A DNA stretch of 64,000 nucleotides from Zancudomyces culisetae HAW-14-8 (GCA_052426225.1 JBNJNM010000008.1:1178001-1242000), one strand, 5' to 3'. Shown: positions 1 through 12,133, counted from the first letter of the stretch. Notes: a model not told the origin generated them from the letters alone. Program-made: numbers and translations.

Positions 1-1
1 T

Positions 2-676
2 GGTCGGTCTGGTTACCATGTACGAAATGCCAATCGTTACAATAATCCATATCATGGAAATAACCGTGATTATTCGTATTTCTATAAAAACTTTGAAGGA
101 AATGACGGTTATGGAGGAGGAGGTGGTGGCGGATATGGGGGTGGTGGTGGCGGTTATGGAGGAGGTGGTGGCGGTTATGGAGGTCGTGGTGGTAGAGGAG
201 GTGGTTATAGTGGTGGTTACAGTGGTGGCGGAGGTTATTCAAACCGTGGTGGTGGTAGGGGTGGTAGAGGCGGTGGTCGTGGTGGTCATGGCAACTATAA
301 TAATTATAATAACTACAATAATAATAACAACAGTAGTAACAGAAATTATGGAGGAGGAGGAGGAGGAGGATATGATGATGGTAATAAACGATTCAAGAGA
401 AATTTCAACAACAATAATAATGGTGGATATGGCCAAGGACAAGGACAAGGACAAGGATATAATAATTATGGAAATAACAACAACAGTAACAGGCCCATAA
501 ACGAATTCCACAATCCTAGACGTTACAACAATAACAGAAATCCTAATCAAAACAATAATTCTAATAGAAATTATAACCAGTCTCACAACTATAACAACAA
601 CAACAACAACAACAACAACAATAGTGGTGGTGGTGGTGGTAATAAACGTTTAGGCTCTTTTAGAAAGTATTACTAG
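2..676 (+). CDS. 3' end of a gene entering the window; Gly/Asn/Tyr-rich RGG prion-like C-terminal tail, probably an RNA-binding or RNA-processing protein
   Basis: Frame 2 is open from base 2 (GRSGYHVRNANRYNNPY...GGGGYGGRGGRGGY...NNNN...GSFRKYY) to TAG at 674-676. It is missing from the ORF track because it has no start codon in the window. Confidence 0.75.
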   Translation, partial: GRSGYHVRNANRYNNPYHGNNRDYSYFYKNFEGNDGYGGGGGGGYGGGGGGYGGGGGGYGGRGGRGGGYSGGYSGGGGYSNRGGGRGGRGGGRGGHGNYNNYNNYNNNNNSSNRNYGGGGGGGYDDGNKRFKRNFNNNNNGGYGQGQGQGQGYNNYGNNNNSNRPINEFHNPRRYNNNRNPNQNNNSNRNYNQSHNYNNNNNNNNNNSGGGGGNKRLGSFRKYY

Positions 677-998
677 GTATTTATTATTTTTGTAATTAAA
701 TCTTTTGTCTTTTCTCTCTACCCTTTTTTTTTTAAAGTATAAAAAAAAAAGTATTTATTTTTATTCATTAATATTTTATAATCTTTATATTTACCCTCCC
801 ACAACCCACCCTCTCAGCCCACTCCTCCTTTTTCCCTAAAGATAACTTGTCTGATTATAAATAAACTAAATTATAAAACATAAACTATTGCACTTTTTAT
901 TATTATTTTCATATCAATATATATTTTATTTTATGAATATCAGTTTGTACAATTCCACTTTATTACATTAAATTACTACTTTTAAAAGAAAAAAGAAA

Positions 999-2612
999 AT
1001 GGGTTTGCATAAACTCATTAGTGATAGTAATTCACTAAATTTGTGGATAGGTTCCGAAACAAAATCCAAACTACTAGAATTTATTAGGCACACAAGTTAT
1101 TTGATTACCAACGATTCACAACCACAACCACAACCTCAACCTCAACCACAACCACAACAGATAGAAGTACAAGTACAAGTAAAAGTAGAAGTAGAGGAGC
1201 AAGTGCAATCGGAAAATAAACTTGAAAAACTTGTTTTAGAAATCCTTCAAAAAATAGATATTTTGGTTGACCAAGTGCAATTAACTTTGAATAATGAACA
1301 ACAAGCACAACAACAGCGAAAGTTGGATCAGATACCGACAACAATACCAACAACAATACCAACAGCAATACCGACAGCAATACCAACAGCAATACCAACA
1401 AAAATACCAACAACAATACCAACAACAATACCAACAGCAATACCAACAGCAATACCAAAAACAATACGCACCGGAATACCAACAGCAACAACACGTACTG
1501 GAGTACCAACAACAATACCAACAGCAATACCAACAGCAATACCAACAGCAATACCAACAGCAACACGCACCGGAATACCTACACATATAAAATTCAATAC
1601 TGCTAGCGGTACAAGTAAACAACGGTTTGGAAACTTGGGATTTCGCACTTTTCATTCTGAGCTAGACAAACTAGTCCAACAATACTACCCCATTTCCAAC
1701 AATGCTCTAGATGAATCAGACAACAGCGACAACGAGAACGAGAACGAGAACGATAATAATAACAACAACAACAACAACAACAACAAAAACAGTGGTAACG
1801 GTAATGGTAATGGTAATAATGGTGATGATACGGGTGTTGTTGGGGATAAAAGTGTGCAAGAAGAGACTACTCAACTCTTGTTTTGGTACCTTAAAAATTC
1901 ATTTGGAAATCCTGTGCGTTTAGATTATGGTTCAGGCCATGAACTCTTCTTTATGATTTATCTATATGTACTATTATCATTTACAAACAAGGAAAAGGGT
2001 CAATGTAACCATGAATATACATTAAACACAGATCCCGCATCCACATCCACATCCACATCCACATCAAGTGGTACTGGTATGGATGTGAGCCTTATTAATG
2101 GTTCAGGATTTGTCAAGATTTTGTTTGAATATTATAAAATCATCACCAAACTCATAACTAAATTCAATTTGGAGCCTGCTGGCTCACATGGTGTCTGGGG
2201 TCTTGATGATTATTTCTTTTTGGTATATTATTTTGGCGCTGCTCAACTAATCTCACCTTTTAAATCCAGATCCAGATCCACAAACACAACCACAACCACA
2301 TCCACAAACACTGCTCAATCGGTATCAAATAAAGATGTATCTATCCCCCCACACGCAGTAATCAACAAAGATGTTGCCACGTCAAATGCTCACCACAACC
2401 TTTACTGCTTTGCAATCGCCTTTATTTATCGTACAAAATCTGGTGGTCCATTCTTTGAACATTCATCGCGACTCTATGATATTAGCACTGGTGTAGCTAG
2501 TTGGTCCAAAATCAACATTGGGTTGTTGAGAATGTATATTGATGAAGTCCTTAGTAAATTTCCAATTGTTCAACATCTCCGTTTCTCCCCATTACTTTTC
2601 CCACTGGCATAA
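999..2612 (+). CDS. PTPA: PP2A phosphatase activator (PTPA/Rrd1/Rrd2 family) with low-complexity insertions
   Basis: Family motifs RFGNLGFR, SFGNPVRLDYGSGHEL, LEPAGSHGVWGLDDY, GPFFEHS, EVLSKFPIVQH. Confidence 0.93.
   Translation: MGLHKLISDSNSLNLWIGSETKSKLLEFIRHTSYLITNDSQPQPQPQPQPQPQQIEVQVQVKVEVEEQVQSENKLEKLVLEILQKIDILVDQVQLTLNNEQQAQQQRKLDQIPTTIPTTIPTAIPTAIPTAIPTKIPTTIPTTIPTAIPTAIPKTIRTGIPTATTRTGVPTTIPTAIPTAIPTAIPTATRTGIPTHIKFNTASGTSKQRFGNLGFRTFHSELDKLVQQYYPISNNALDESDNSDNENENENDNNNNNNNNNNKNSGNGNGNGNNGDDTGVVGDKSVQEETTQLLFWYLKNSFGNPVRLDYGSGHELFFMIYLYVLLSFTNKEKGQCNHEYTLNTDPASTSTSTSTSSGTGMDVSLINGSGFVKILFEYYKIITKLITKFNLEPAGSHGVWGLDDYFFLVYYFGAAQLISPFKSRSRSTNTTTTTSTNTAQSVSNKDVSIPPHAVINKDVATSNAHHNLYCFAIAFIYRTKSGGPFFEHSSRLYDISTGVASWSKINIGLLRMYIDEVLSKFPIVQHLRFSPLLFPLA
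1332..1580 (+). repeat. Coding 12-bp minisatellite (ATACCAACAGCA variants) encoding (IPT[A/T/K])n inside PTPA
   Basis: About 20 imperfect tandem units read directly from the sequence. Confidence 0.9.
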
Positions 2613-2777
2613 ATCACGAGTTTGATTTGGTTTTGGAATTTATTCAATTTGTTAATTTACTAGTAATAATAATGTTAACAAAAAAAGAAAAAACAAAAAC
2701 AAAACAAAAACAAAACAGTAAAAGGATTTTTTTTTATTAAACTCTTGTCGTTTCTTTTTCCAGTAAAGCTTGAGTAT

Positions 2778-4590
2778 TTATTGAGCTTCAGTAGTGTCCA
2801 TCAGATCTTCATTGGCATTTTCATTTTGATTTGGATGTTCTTGTTGATTGGCATCCTCATGCATGTTTTCAGCGTAATCTTCAGCATAGTTTTCAGCATA
2901 ATCTCCAGTATAATCATTATAATCCTCGGCATAATCAACACCCGCATTTTGGTATTGCAAATACTCATTAATCAAATCTGCCAAATTCGACTCGGCCTCA
3001 CTAAACTCCATAACATCCATCCCTTCTTCAGTATACCAGTGCAAAAACGCTCGCCTCCTGAACAACTGCGTAAACTGCTCCAAAAAGCGCGCAAACAGTC
3101 CCTGGATCGCAGTGTTGTTTCCTGTAAACGTTCCGCTAACTGTAGAATTGATTGGTGGTACGTCGCACACTGCAATCTGTGTCGAGTTTGGAATCCATTC
3201 AATAAAGTTCGAGCCGTGCTTGTCCTGGTACATTCGTACGGTTTCTTCAGCCTCGGAAACAATCACATCTCCTCGCAGGATGGCTGATGCTGTCAGATAT
3301 CTTCCGTGTCGTGGATCAGCTGCTACCATCATGTTCTTTGCCTCAAACATTTGTAGACACAGATCTTTGGTTGTTACATTGCGGTACATTCCCATTCCAT
3401 CAACCGTTTGTGTTAGTGGCAGCAATGGTGCATATCCTGTCATGAAAAAGTGTAGGCGTGGGAATGGAACCAGATTTACTCCCAGTTTGCGCAGATCAGA
3501 GTTCAGCTGTCCTGGGAATCGCAGTGTTGTGGTGATTCCTGACATCACTTGACTGATCAATCCATTCAAATCTCCATACTCTGGCGACTCTATTTTCAGT
3601 GTATTCATACACACATCGTACAGCGCCTCGTTGTCAAAACAAAATGTCAAGTCGCTGTTCTCCACCAAATAATGCATCGACAGCACCGAGTTGTATGGCT
3701 CTACTACTGTGTCCGATACTTTTGGTGACGGAATCACACTAAACGTTGCAAGCATTCGGTCTGGATACTCCTCGCGTATCTTCTGCAACAACAACGCTCC
3801 CATCCCTGATCCTGTTCCTCCTCCAAGCGATTGTGTCACCTGAAATCCTGAAACACACTCGCTATTCTCTGCCTCCTTACGCATCAGTTCCATCGCTTCG
3901 TCCACCAACTCTGCTCCGTCTGTATAATATCCTCTGGCCCAGTTGTTTCCTGCTCCTCCTTGTCCATTCACAAAATTGTCTGGTCGGAAAATTCCTCCAA
4001 ATTTGCTCTCTCGGACAGTGTTTAGCACTCCTGGTTCCAAATCCACAAGCACTGCTCTATTTATATCATTTACTAGTTTATTACCCTTATCCTCTTATCC
4101 GCTTATTTTTATTTTTGTGCTCTTGTTGTATGCTTTTGGCTTTAATAATTGGTTTTTTTACCTAGGTACAAATCGATTTTCGCTAGTTTCTTGGAAATAG
4201 ACATTTGCTCTTTCTATTCTTCCTTTTTCGCTCTCTTTTCCTTCGAATTTTCCTTCTGGTGATATCCAATGTTCTCCACATAGCACCTCCCAGAACGATT
4301 GTCCAACCTATCAATACAGGTACAAAACACAAATATCAATTCCAGTACCAAAAATAATTTCATTTTTGTCTCCCCAATTCTTGGTTGTTACTAAAAAAAA
4401 TAAAGCCTATTTTCTTTGTCGTCTTACTTGGTTACCACATTGTCCTATTTTGTTATATTAATTTATTATATCAGCTCATATTAATAACCATGTCCTTTCA
4501 TTTTCTTTAAATTACTTTAATAATTCTACTCGGGCCAACAAAATATTTTTGCTTTTGGTTACCTAACTGTAAGTTTATAATTTCTCTCAT
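2778..4590 (-). CDS. TUB2: Beta-tubulin, divergent; 4 exons
   Basis: Exons 4590-4563 ([10 protein letters not shown]), 4444-4428 (17 nt, QCGNQ), 4307-4162 and 4056-2778 are joined in frame by GT-AG introns. Motifs [40 protein letters not shown]. Confidence 0.96.
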
Positions 4591-6509
4591 TCTCTTTGTT
4601 TCAGCTCGTCTATTCGTTTATATATTCTCTTTCTTTTCCCGCTTGTTTGCTTGCCAGAGTAAATTCTGTGTATATCTTGTCTCGAATAAATTACAACCTC
4701 TTAAGCTATAGATTTGTAAGTTGTGTATACAATAGCTTTATCTTGGTTTTGCAGGGTCTAGTAGTTTATTCCAGAATTATCACCGTTTTTTTTTTATCGT
4801 AAACAAATACCCCGAGTATTAGCAAATTTGTTTAGGCTAAAATAAAAAATAACCACCGTAAACTTTATAAATTAGTCTAAATATCTTTTTTTTTTCCAGA
4901 TTTTTAGTTGAACACTTTTACTTTTCGTTTTTTAATGTACACACAAGGTAGAATTGATTTCATTGCATCTTTGTTTTGATTCATTACTGCCAAATTGCTA
5001 TTCGCTTTTTGATTTTTTTTTAATTTTTTTTTGCTCATTTGCGTCTTTTTTCATTTACGTCTTTTTTTTTTAATTCCAAATTATTAATGTTGATATTTTA
5101 CCTATATTTGGATAATTGTCCAATTTAACACCACAACACACCATACTAGATTACACTAAACAACGCCCAACCCAACCTCACTACACCCAACCAAACACAC
5201 CAACCCATCCCTACCTATGATTTATTCTCGTATTTACAAAGTACAAGTGGGGAAATGGGATGTTGTATTGTTCCTCTGATTTTCACTATAGTTTGTGGTA
5301 AAATACTATTATTTCACCATGCATAGTAAAATAGGTAAATACATAGAGCTGCCGAAATATATTCGATCTGAAATACATTTATTTTTTTAAAATATTTAAG
5401 ATTATTCACTCAGGATGGAATGCTTGCATATGGATTTCCTTCTTGCCACGAAGTTACCTGTACCACTTTGCTTTGATCAATAGTAAAAGTTATAAATAGT
5501 ATTCTAATATTTTTTTTTCTTTTTCTTTTTCTTTTTTACATAAACATCGAATCTCTCCAAAAAAACACATCATCGAGCCTATCGGCTCGTTTTACTATTT
5601 ATTTTGGAAATGAAGTGACTTGGCTTTCAACCTTTGGCTTTGTGTATACCATTTTGATTTGCTGTGGTTATGTAAACTGAGCTCATTTACTATAATATCT
5701 TGCTTGTCATTGATAATAAATATATAAAAAAAAGACGTGAATTTTGTTTTGATTAGCCACTTTAAAGTACTCTAAAAAGAATTAAAAAAATGGATTCTCA
5801 TGGACATTTGCATGACCTAGAAAGATGGCAAAATTATACCAATAATCATAGTGATTAAAGAGTATCAGCCAGATCATTTTCCAAAAATAAAAGAAATTAA
5901 AGTAAAATAACGCTCCGTCCCATTCTTTCAGTTTAGTTTCAACTATCTTGTAAAATAGTATTATATATTGTGAACTGCGTTCAAAGCACCAACCATCCTT
6001 TTTTTTTTGGGAAAGGTTGGGAATAGTGGGAATATCAGTTACACAAATCATCTTGGTGTCGAAAAAAATCTTGAATGTATCACAAGTGAGATTAAAAGCC
6101 GTCTTGAAAATACAAACTACCTATTGCTACACAGCTATACGGCTAAAAAGCCAAGCGTATTAGCAAAAATAAATGGTAACTAAATGCTCACACACCGAGA
6201 AATTGTCTTCAAGTATTTCCAAATACAATTCTGAAAGAGACAATGAGCACTCTAGAAATGCAGTTGATACTTTTTTATTCAATAATTTATTGTATATAAC
6301 CTCAAATTGAGAAAAGGGTGCTCAAGAAAAAAAAAACATTAATTTAGATATGTTCTGTTCCTAATATTTGAAAATATCAAGAGTTACTAAGAGTTGTGCG
6401 TGTAGAACCAGATCTCCTAGACACAACAATGTACCCTAACTACTTCAGCCACTGATAAGAATTGAACTCAGGGTTTATGCGATGCAATCTTCTTTAAGAC
6501 ATCCAATGC

Positions 6510-7613
6510 TTACCCCTCTGCATCAAAAAACTCATCACCATCAACAACTATCCCTCCTGTATATTTATTTTCTTGAACATTCAGATGATTTTTTGTTTTT
6601 CTGCCAGTGCTTTCTGGTAAATTTTTAGTATCCTTTTCTCCAGGGACTTTCTTTTTCTTACGGAAGGTATTGATAAGTTTAACGAGCACATTTTCGTTCA
6701 TTTTTTTGGTGTTTTTAGAAGAATCGCTTTCGCCTTCGCCTTCGCTTTTAGATTTTATATTTTTGCCTTCAACTGTAGGATGTTTATCACCATCATCGGA
6801 GTATAGCGTAATACCATCTAAATCCGATTCACTGGAAGTTGATCCACCTTTAGATTGTTTTTTTGCAATGGCATCAATAAGACCTTTGAGTGATTTTTGC
6901 TCATCTTGTAAACTGTTGTCATCGTTTTTATCATTTTCAGCTTTTTTCAATTTTGCCCTTTCCACATCCTCTTTTAGGTAGTCATACAACTTTTCTATCA
7001 CTACCGAATTGATATCCGCTTTTTCTTTCAGTGGATCATCTACTATCTCTTTTATTAGATGCATAAATATTTTTTTCTCATCAATGTTTTGATGGCCTTC
7101 CGCCGCATATTTTTTGGCAAGATCATCTGCTGTTATCAGTTTTTCCACCAAAACCTTCATCAACTTTTTATACATCTTGTTGTTCACAAAAACTCTGTAC
7201 TCTGCTGGCAAACTAAAAATGACCCTTTTGATATGCTTGTAGAGTCCTTTGAGTTTATCATACATCTTTGGGATGCGACTTAGAACAAATTCAATTTTAT
7301 ACTGAGGACTCCTTCTGGTCACCCTTGTTCTGCGAAACAATGGTGGTTCATCAGTAGATCCATAAATTTCATCACCAACAAGCATCTTGCGTTTGGAAAG
7401 CGTGTTGTGGTGTCTAAAGGATCCTTCTGCGGTAGGATTTAATGTTTTTATACCTGTTTCAGTGGATGTTTTATGTAGGCTGTTATAACTGGGCTCACTT
7501 TTGGTAGGTCTTCTGCGTTTTCCAGTAGAATAGTGATCATAATGCCCAGAAACTTCAGTGAGTAGAAAAGCACCTAAGAGCAAGACAAGTATAATGGACT
7601 GGTATAGCTTCAT
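6510..7613 (-). CDS. Orphan secreted protein with N-terminal signal peptide and Lys/Glu-rich helical body
   Basis: Intronless ORF. ATG at 7613 gives MKLYQSIILVLLLGAFLLTEVSG-H, a typical signal peptide. No family motif recognised. Confidence 0.75.
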   Translation of the reverse strand: MKLYQSIILVLLLGAFLLTEVSGHYDHYSTGKRRRPTKSEPSYNSLHKTSTETGIKTLNPTAEGSFRHHNTLSKRKMLVGDEIYGSTDEPPLFRRTRVTRRSPQYKIEFVLSRIPKMYDKLKGLYKHIKRVIFSLPAEYRVFVNNKMYKKLMKVLVEKLITADDLAKKYAAEGHQNIDEKKIFMHLIKEIVDDPLKEKADINSVVIEKLYDYLKEDVERAKLKKAENDKNDDNSLQDEQKSLKGLIDAIAKKQSKGGSTSSESDLDGITLYSDDGDKHPTVEGKNIKSKSEGEGESDSSKNTKKMNENVLVKLINTFRKKKKVPGEKDTKNLPESTGRKTKNHLNVQENKYTGGIVVDGDEFFDAEG

Positions 7614-9846
7614 TTTTTGTGTATTTCTGTCAGATTGTAGCAAAAGCTGTATTTTTTCCTCTGTGTATTCGTGTGTTATGTTATATCAAACACGTTTGTT
7701 ATACAAAATTTTTGTAACTTGAAAAAAATCCAATGCCTATTTATGCTTTTTTTTTTTGGTTATGCTACATCCCCCCCCCCACTGAGTATTTTTTCAAGAG
7801 TAAAGTGTCATTATAGAGTTGAATAAGTGTACAAGCAGTTGAAGAAACTTTTGGGGAGGAACCATTTCCCATCATGGGGTGTTTGATAATTTATAATATA
7901 ACTCTACACTTGACTTTTACCATCTTGTTACTACCACCAAAGATACTAGATGGGGAAATAACCACGCATAATACCCTTTTTAGTTTATCTATCCCCAAAA
8001 GTATCGGATATAATAAAGGATGATGTGTTAAATAAACAACTATATCGAACACTCGAGAATCTTAAAATATACTAAACTTTTTTAAAAAAAAATCCTTTCC
8101 AACATGCATTAACTTTGATTGAGAATACGCACTTACTACAGGGGGGGGGGGGGTATAGTTGTCTACTACAAAAATAAAGAAAACATGGCAAGCACGAACA
8201 TCAAATATTTAATTTTTCAATATTTGCTATCTGATTGCCATCATCCTCATAATAAAACGCTGGGCTATATCATTGTTGTTAATACTTTTTGCCTGATTAT
8301 CTGCTTGAATGAAGTATTAATTAGAGTCAGGTGGATGTTTGGTTGTAGAGATTTTGCTAAAACGACTTGACAAATGACAAATGACAAATGCACTGTTTAT
8401 AGCTCAAATATTTCTATAGTTCTTACCCCCCGCCCCACCCAGTTTACTTTTCATCGGAAATTAGTACATATAAAACCAATGTTGGAAATATATGGTTGAG
8501 TTTACTCAGTATCAGACAAATTTTCACATCGATTTTTAAAAAGTCAAGTCAATTGTTTTGGCAACTATATTTGCTTCTTCCACTCGGTCATAAAAAATAT
8601 TATATATTCCCCACACGACACAAATGAAAAAAAAGTCTAAAAACGGTATACTAAAAAACTTAATTATAGTAATCTGTAACGTTACTGACAGCAAACAATA
8701 CTAACGCTGGCAACTATATTTGCAACTTGTTTTTTTTGGGCCCTGTCTAAATTGTTTAAAAGACAATGTTTTGATTACCTAATTACTAATTAACTCTATA
8801 AAAAAAGACAAATTGCACCCCCCCCAAATATGTGAAAGAAAGCATCAGAGTGAGGGGATATATGGACATAGTGTCATACGAATGAGTGTATTTATATTTA
8901 TGAGTTTTCGAGACAACAATGGTAGTTGGAGTGGCGGGGAGAAGTGATAGAAAAACACATATATATACTTTGTAAAATCTTGTATAGCGTGTTAACTTTG
9001 GTTTAACATGGGTAATTAGGTTGATATATGACTAGAGTTCTAAGTAGATGAATAGTAAGCACTTGTAGAAAAAAATCCGTATATAATGCCAAACTACAAA
9101 GTTTTTGTTTCTGTTAGATGTGTGTGTGCGGGCCAAGTCCAAACAATATACCATTGTTTTCAATGAGTATCATGATGAACTTTTGTCAAACTCGAATCAA
9201 AAACAAAATGTTGCGTTTTTTTTAGGCGGGAGGTATGTGGTTTAGGAGCAAAGTAAACTCAGTGAGAAATGAAGAGCAAAACCCGAAAAAAATTTTTTTT
9301 TTAGCAGCAAGTGTTGATATTACTTGGTGACAGTAAGGTGTGGGGGCTGATTAATAACATGCTAACCACTACTTGGAGCAAAACAAAAAGAAAAACAGGC
9401 AGATTAATCATGTACGTCGATTGGCCATGAACAAAAACACGGGCAAATAAACGTTCGCAAAAAAAGATAGTTTTTCCAATTCATAGTTATTTTGACGGCA
9501 TTTTTGTTTTTATTTTTTATGAATTTACTAAAAGTGAAATTAATTGCCTGTATATGGAGCAAATAGAAAAAAAAAACGATGAAAAAAAATTTTTCGTTCT
9601 AGGCAATAGGCGAAAGGCGAGAAAGTGATGCTGAAAATTAAAGCAAAAAAAAAAGGCAAAATGGCAAAATGGCAAAATGGCAAAAAAAAAAGTAAAAATA
9701 AAAAACAAACAAATAAGGCAGCAGAATCGTTTCTGATTTATATAAAGGGTATTTTCTTATGAACAGCAGCGAAAAAGTAGGGACTATTGTTTATATTAAT
9801 ATACTGATATCGGAATTCCACCACGTAAATAAGAAAGATAGAGAAA

Positions 9847-11049
9847 ATGGACCAAAAGCCAATTAATATACAAAAGAAGGAGCAAGATGACTTGGCTCCT
9901 ACTCCTCAAAATACACCAATCTTCAAGACACAGGTTGGAGGAAGCAAACCAGCAGCAGGAAATCCAGCAATGGAGCTTATGAACAACCCAGCAATCACAG
10001 GTCTTGTTCAAGGTCGACTCCAAGGCTTGGCCGGAGCACCTTCAGAATATATTGAAAGTTTGCCAAAGGAGGTGAAGGCTCGCCTTGCAGGTCTACAGGC
10101 CTTGCAGGAAAAACATATCGAAATCGAGGCAGGATTCCACAAGGAAATCTTGGAGCTGGAAAAGAAATACGCCAAGCTTTATGACCCATTGTATGAGCGA
10201 AGAGCCAGAATAATCAAGGGAGACGAGGAGCCAACCACAGAGGAGGTAAAGAGAGGCAAAGAGTTGCTCAGAGGTGACGATGAGGAAAGCAAGATTGAGG
10301 AGGTCGAGGAAGAGGGCGAAACCGACCCAGAGAAAAAAGTGAAGGGAATTGACTCTTTCTGGTTGACTGTGTTGTACAACCACCCACAAACACAAGAAAT
10401 GATTACTGAGAGAGACGCCAAGGCATTGGCATACTTGCAAGACATCAAGGTAGAGTACTCAACTGAGGAGCCAGGCTTCAAAGTAGTGTTCAAGTTTGAC
10501 GAAAACAACACATACTTTAACAACACCGAATTGGTCAAGTCGTACTCATACGCACAATCCAAAATCTCAGGTGACTTGGTATTCGAAAAATCAGAAAGCA
10601 CCAAAATTGACTGGAAGCCAAACATGGACTTGACAACAACAGTTGAGACCAAAAAGCAGCGCCACAAGACAACCAACAAGACAAGAGTTGTCAAGAAAAC
10701 CGTGCCAGCCGAATCCTTCTTCAACTTTTTCGAAACCATCCCACTTCCTGACGAAAAGGATGACTCTGAAGAGGCCGAAGAGGCACGCGAGAGACTTGAG
10801 GCTGATTACGAGTTGGGTGAAGAGCTCAAGGAGAAGATCGTTCCTAACGCTATTGACTGGTTCACAGGAAAGGCCTTGGAGTATGAGGATTATGGTGAGG
10901 AAGAGTATGACGAGGGAATGTATGATGATGAATACAGCGACGAAGATGAAGATGATGATGAAGACGAAGACGAGGATGAGGATGAAGAGGGACACCCAAA
11001 GGCACCTGTCGGCAAAGATGGTGAAGCCCCACAATGCAAACAACAATAA
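9847..11049 (+). CDS. NAP1: Nucleosome assembly protein 1 (NAP1 family)
   Basis: YIESLPKEVKARL, LEKKYAKLYDPLYERR, GIDSFWLTVL, ESFFNFF, IVPNAIDWFTGKA; acidic tail ending in CKQQ. Confidence 0.96.
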   Translation: MDQKPINIQKKEQDDLAPTPQNTPIFKTQVGGSKPAAGNPAMELMNNPAITGLVQGRLQGLAGAPSEYIESLPKEVKARLAGLQALQEKHIEIEAGFHKEILELEKKYAKLYDPLYERRARIIKGDEEPTTEEVKRGKELLRGDDEESKIEEVEEEGETDPEKKVKGIDSFWLTVLYNHPQTQEMITERDAKALAYLQDIKVEYSTEEPGFKVVFKFDENNTYFNNTELVKSYSYAQSKISGDLVFEKSESTKIDWKPNMDLTTTVETKKQRHKTTNKTRVVKKTVPAESFFNFFETIPLPDEKDDSEEAEEARERLEADYELGEELKEKIVPNAIDWFTGKALEYEDYGEEEYDEGMYDDEYSDEDEDDDEDEDEDEDEEGHPKAPVGKDGEAPQCKQQ

Positions 11050-11288
11050 ACCAATATATTTCTTTTTTTTTATTCCCTCCAAAACTAGTATATAAATTTT
11101 AAGTTTTTCCCAGTCTTTACTGATTTATTTTTGGATTTATAAATATAATTTAAAAAATTTGAAAAGTAAAAAGAGGTTTTATTCTATCTTTTGTGACTGA
11201 AAAAAAGAAGAGGAAAGGTGAAGCACAATAAGAGAAAGAAAAAAAAACAAGTCAGGTAATTGTATAGTATACTAGAAAACAAGCTCTC

Positions 11289-11483
11289 TTATGGTAGAAG
11301 CATTTCACCGTGGTTTTTGATTACCCAAGTTGAGACAGCAAAGCACAAGACACCCCAACCAACACTAAGGTTTCCGGGGAGTTTTTCGGGTGAAAAAAGC
11401 TCGTTGAAGATATATCCAGCGAATGATTTTGAACCCTCGCTGCTTGATGGGTGCTCAATAGAATTTGGGGGTGCGCCAAACAT
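11289..11483 (-). CDS. TOM6: Small tail-anchored membrane protein, probable mitochondrial TOM complex subunit Tom6
   Basis: 64 aa with a single C-terminal TM segment ending WVIKNHGEMLLP. Size and tail resemble fungal Tom6 (recalled ...WAEMLLP). Confidence 0.55.
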   Translation of the reverse strand: MFGAPPNSIEHPSSSEGSKSFAGYIFNELFSPEKLPGNLSVGWGVLCFAVSTWVIKNHGEMLLP

Positions 11484-12000
11484 TATGATTTACTATATGG
11501 CAATATTATAGATTTATGAATAAGCCTAAAGTACTATGAAGCATAGAGAGATAAAATAAATGAAAAAAGTGAAATCTAAAAAGTAAATGTAGTTGTGGGC
11601 AGGAAATCATTTAGCAATTAAAATTTTACCTTTATATATTTTGATCCGAGTAATTAACCGTGGAAAGGGAATGAAAAGATTCGAGTTGAAATAAATCTCT
11701 TTTTTGTTAAAGCCAAAGTCGTAGCTAACAGAATCTATAGTGTCCAAGCGAGACTAAAAGATAAAGAATATTTTGATTCTAATTTAGTTGAACAAAAATA
11801 TTGAGTTTTGTACAAAGTTTTAACGCTAATAAAAAAAAATAATTTCAGGCTTAAACTGATTACCAAGAACAAAAAAAAATAGCCCTTTTCAGTTTGATTC
11901 GGGTAATTTTGCTGATTAGTCGAGATATTATTTCCATTTTTTTTTTAATGCTCAAATTTTGTATTGATTCAGTGCCAGAAAAAAAACACTTTATGTTTAC

Positions 12001-12017
12001 AAAAAAAAATTTTTTTT
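12001..12017. promoter_or_regulatory. A-tract/T-tract (RRPE-like) element upstream of TRM4
   Basis: A9T8 about 120 nt before the ATG. The same AnTn element precedes PUS10 (14717-14733), TRM8 (43541-43560), NAP1 (9285-9302) and the acidic gene (57802-57820). Confidence 0.5.
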
Positions 12018-12133
12018 ATATTATATTTCTGTAGTGAAAGTACGTGGTAGTTTTGTAAGAAACTAAAGGAATCGAGCAGGCAGTAAAGAAATAAAAAAGG
12101 GGCTAGCGAGACGCAAAGAGATTGGATAAAAAG

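Noticed and set aside
18-586. ORFs 18..500 (+) and 239..586 (-), V/I-rich
   Set aside because: Shadow frames of the GGT/AAT repeats; the real frame is 2..676.
1105-1655. Striking ORFs (CCWY)n, (QQQY)n, (VGIA)n and (LLLV)n, and a CRISPR-like look
   Set aside because: All are alternative readings of the 12-bp coding minisatellite in PTPA. There are no spacers and the context is eukaryotic.
4700-5500. Possible micro-exon gene on the plus strand, divergent from tubulin
   Set aside because: Splice-like signals are present, but I could not build a consistent, recognisable ORF.
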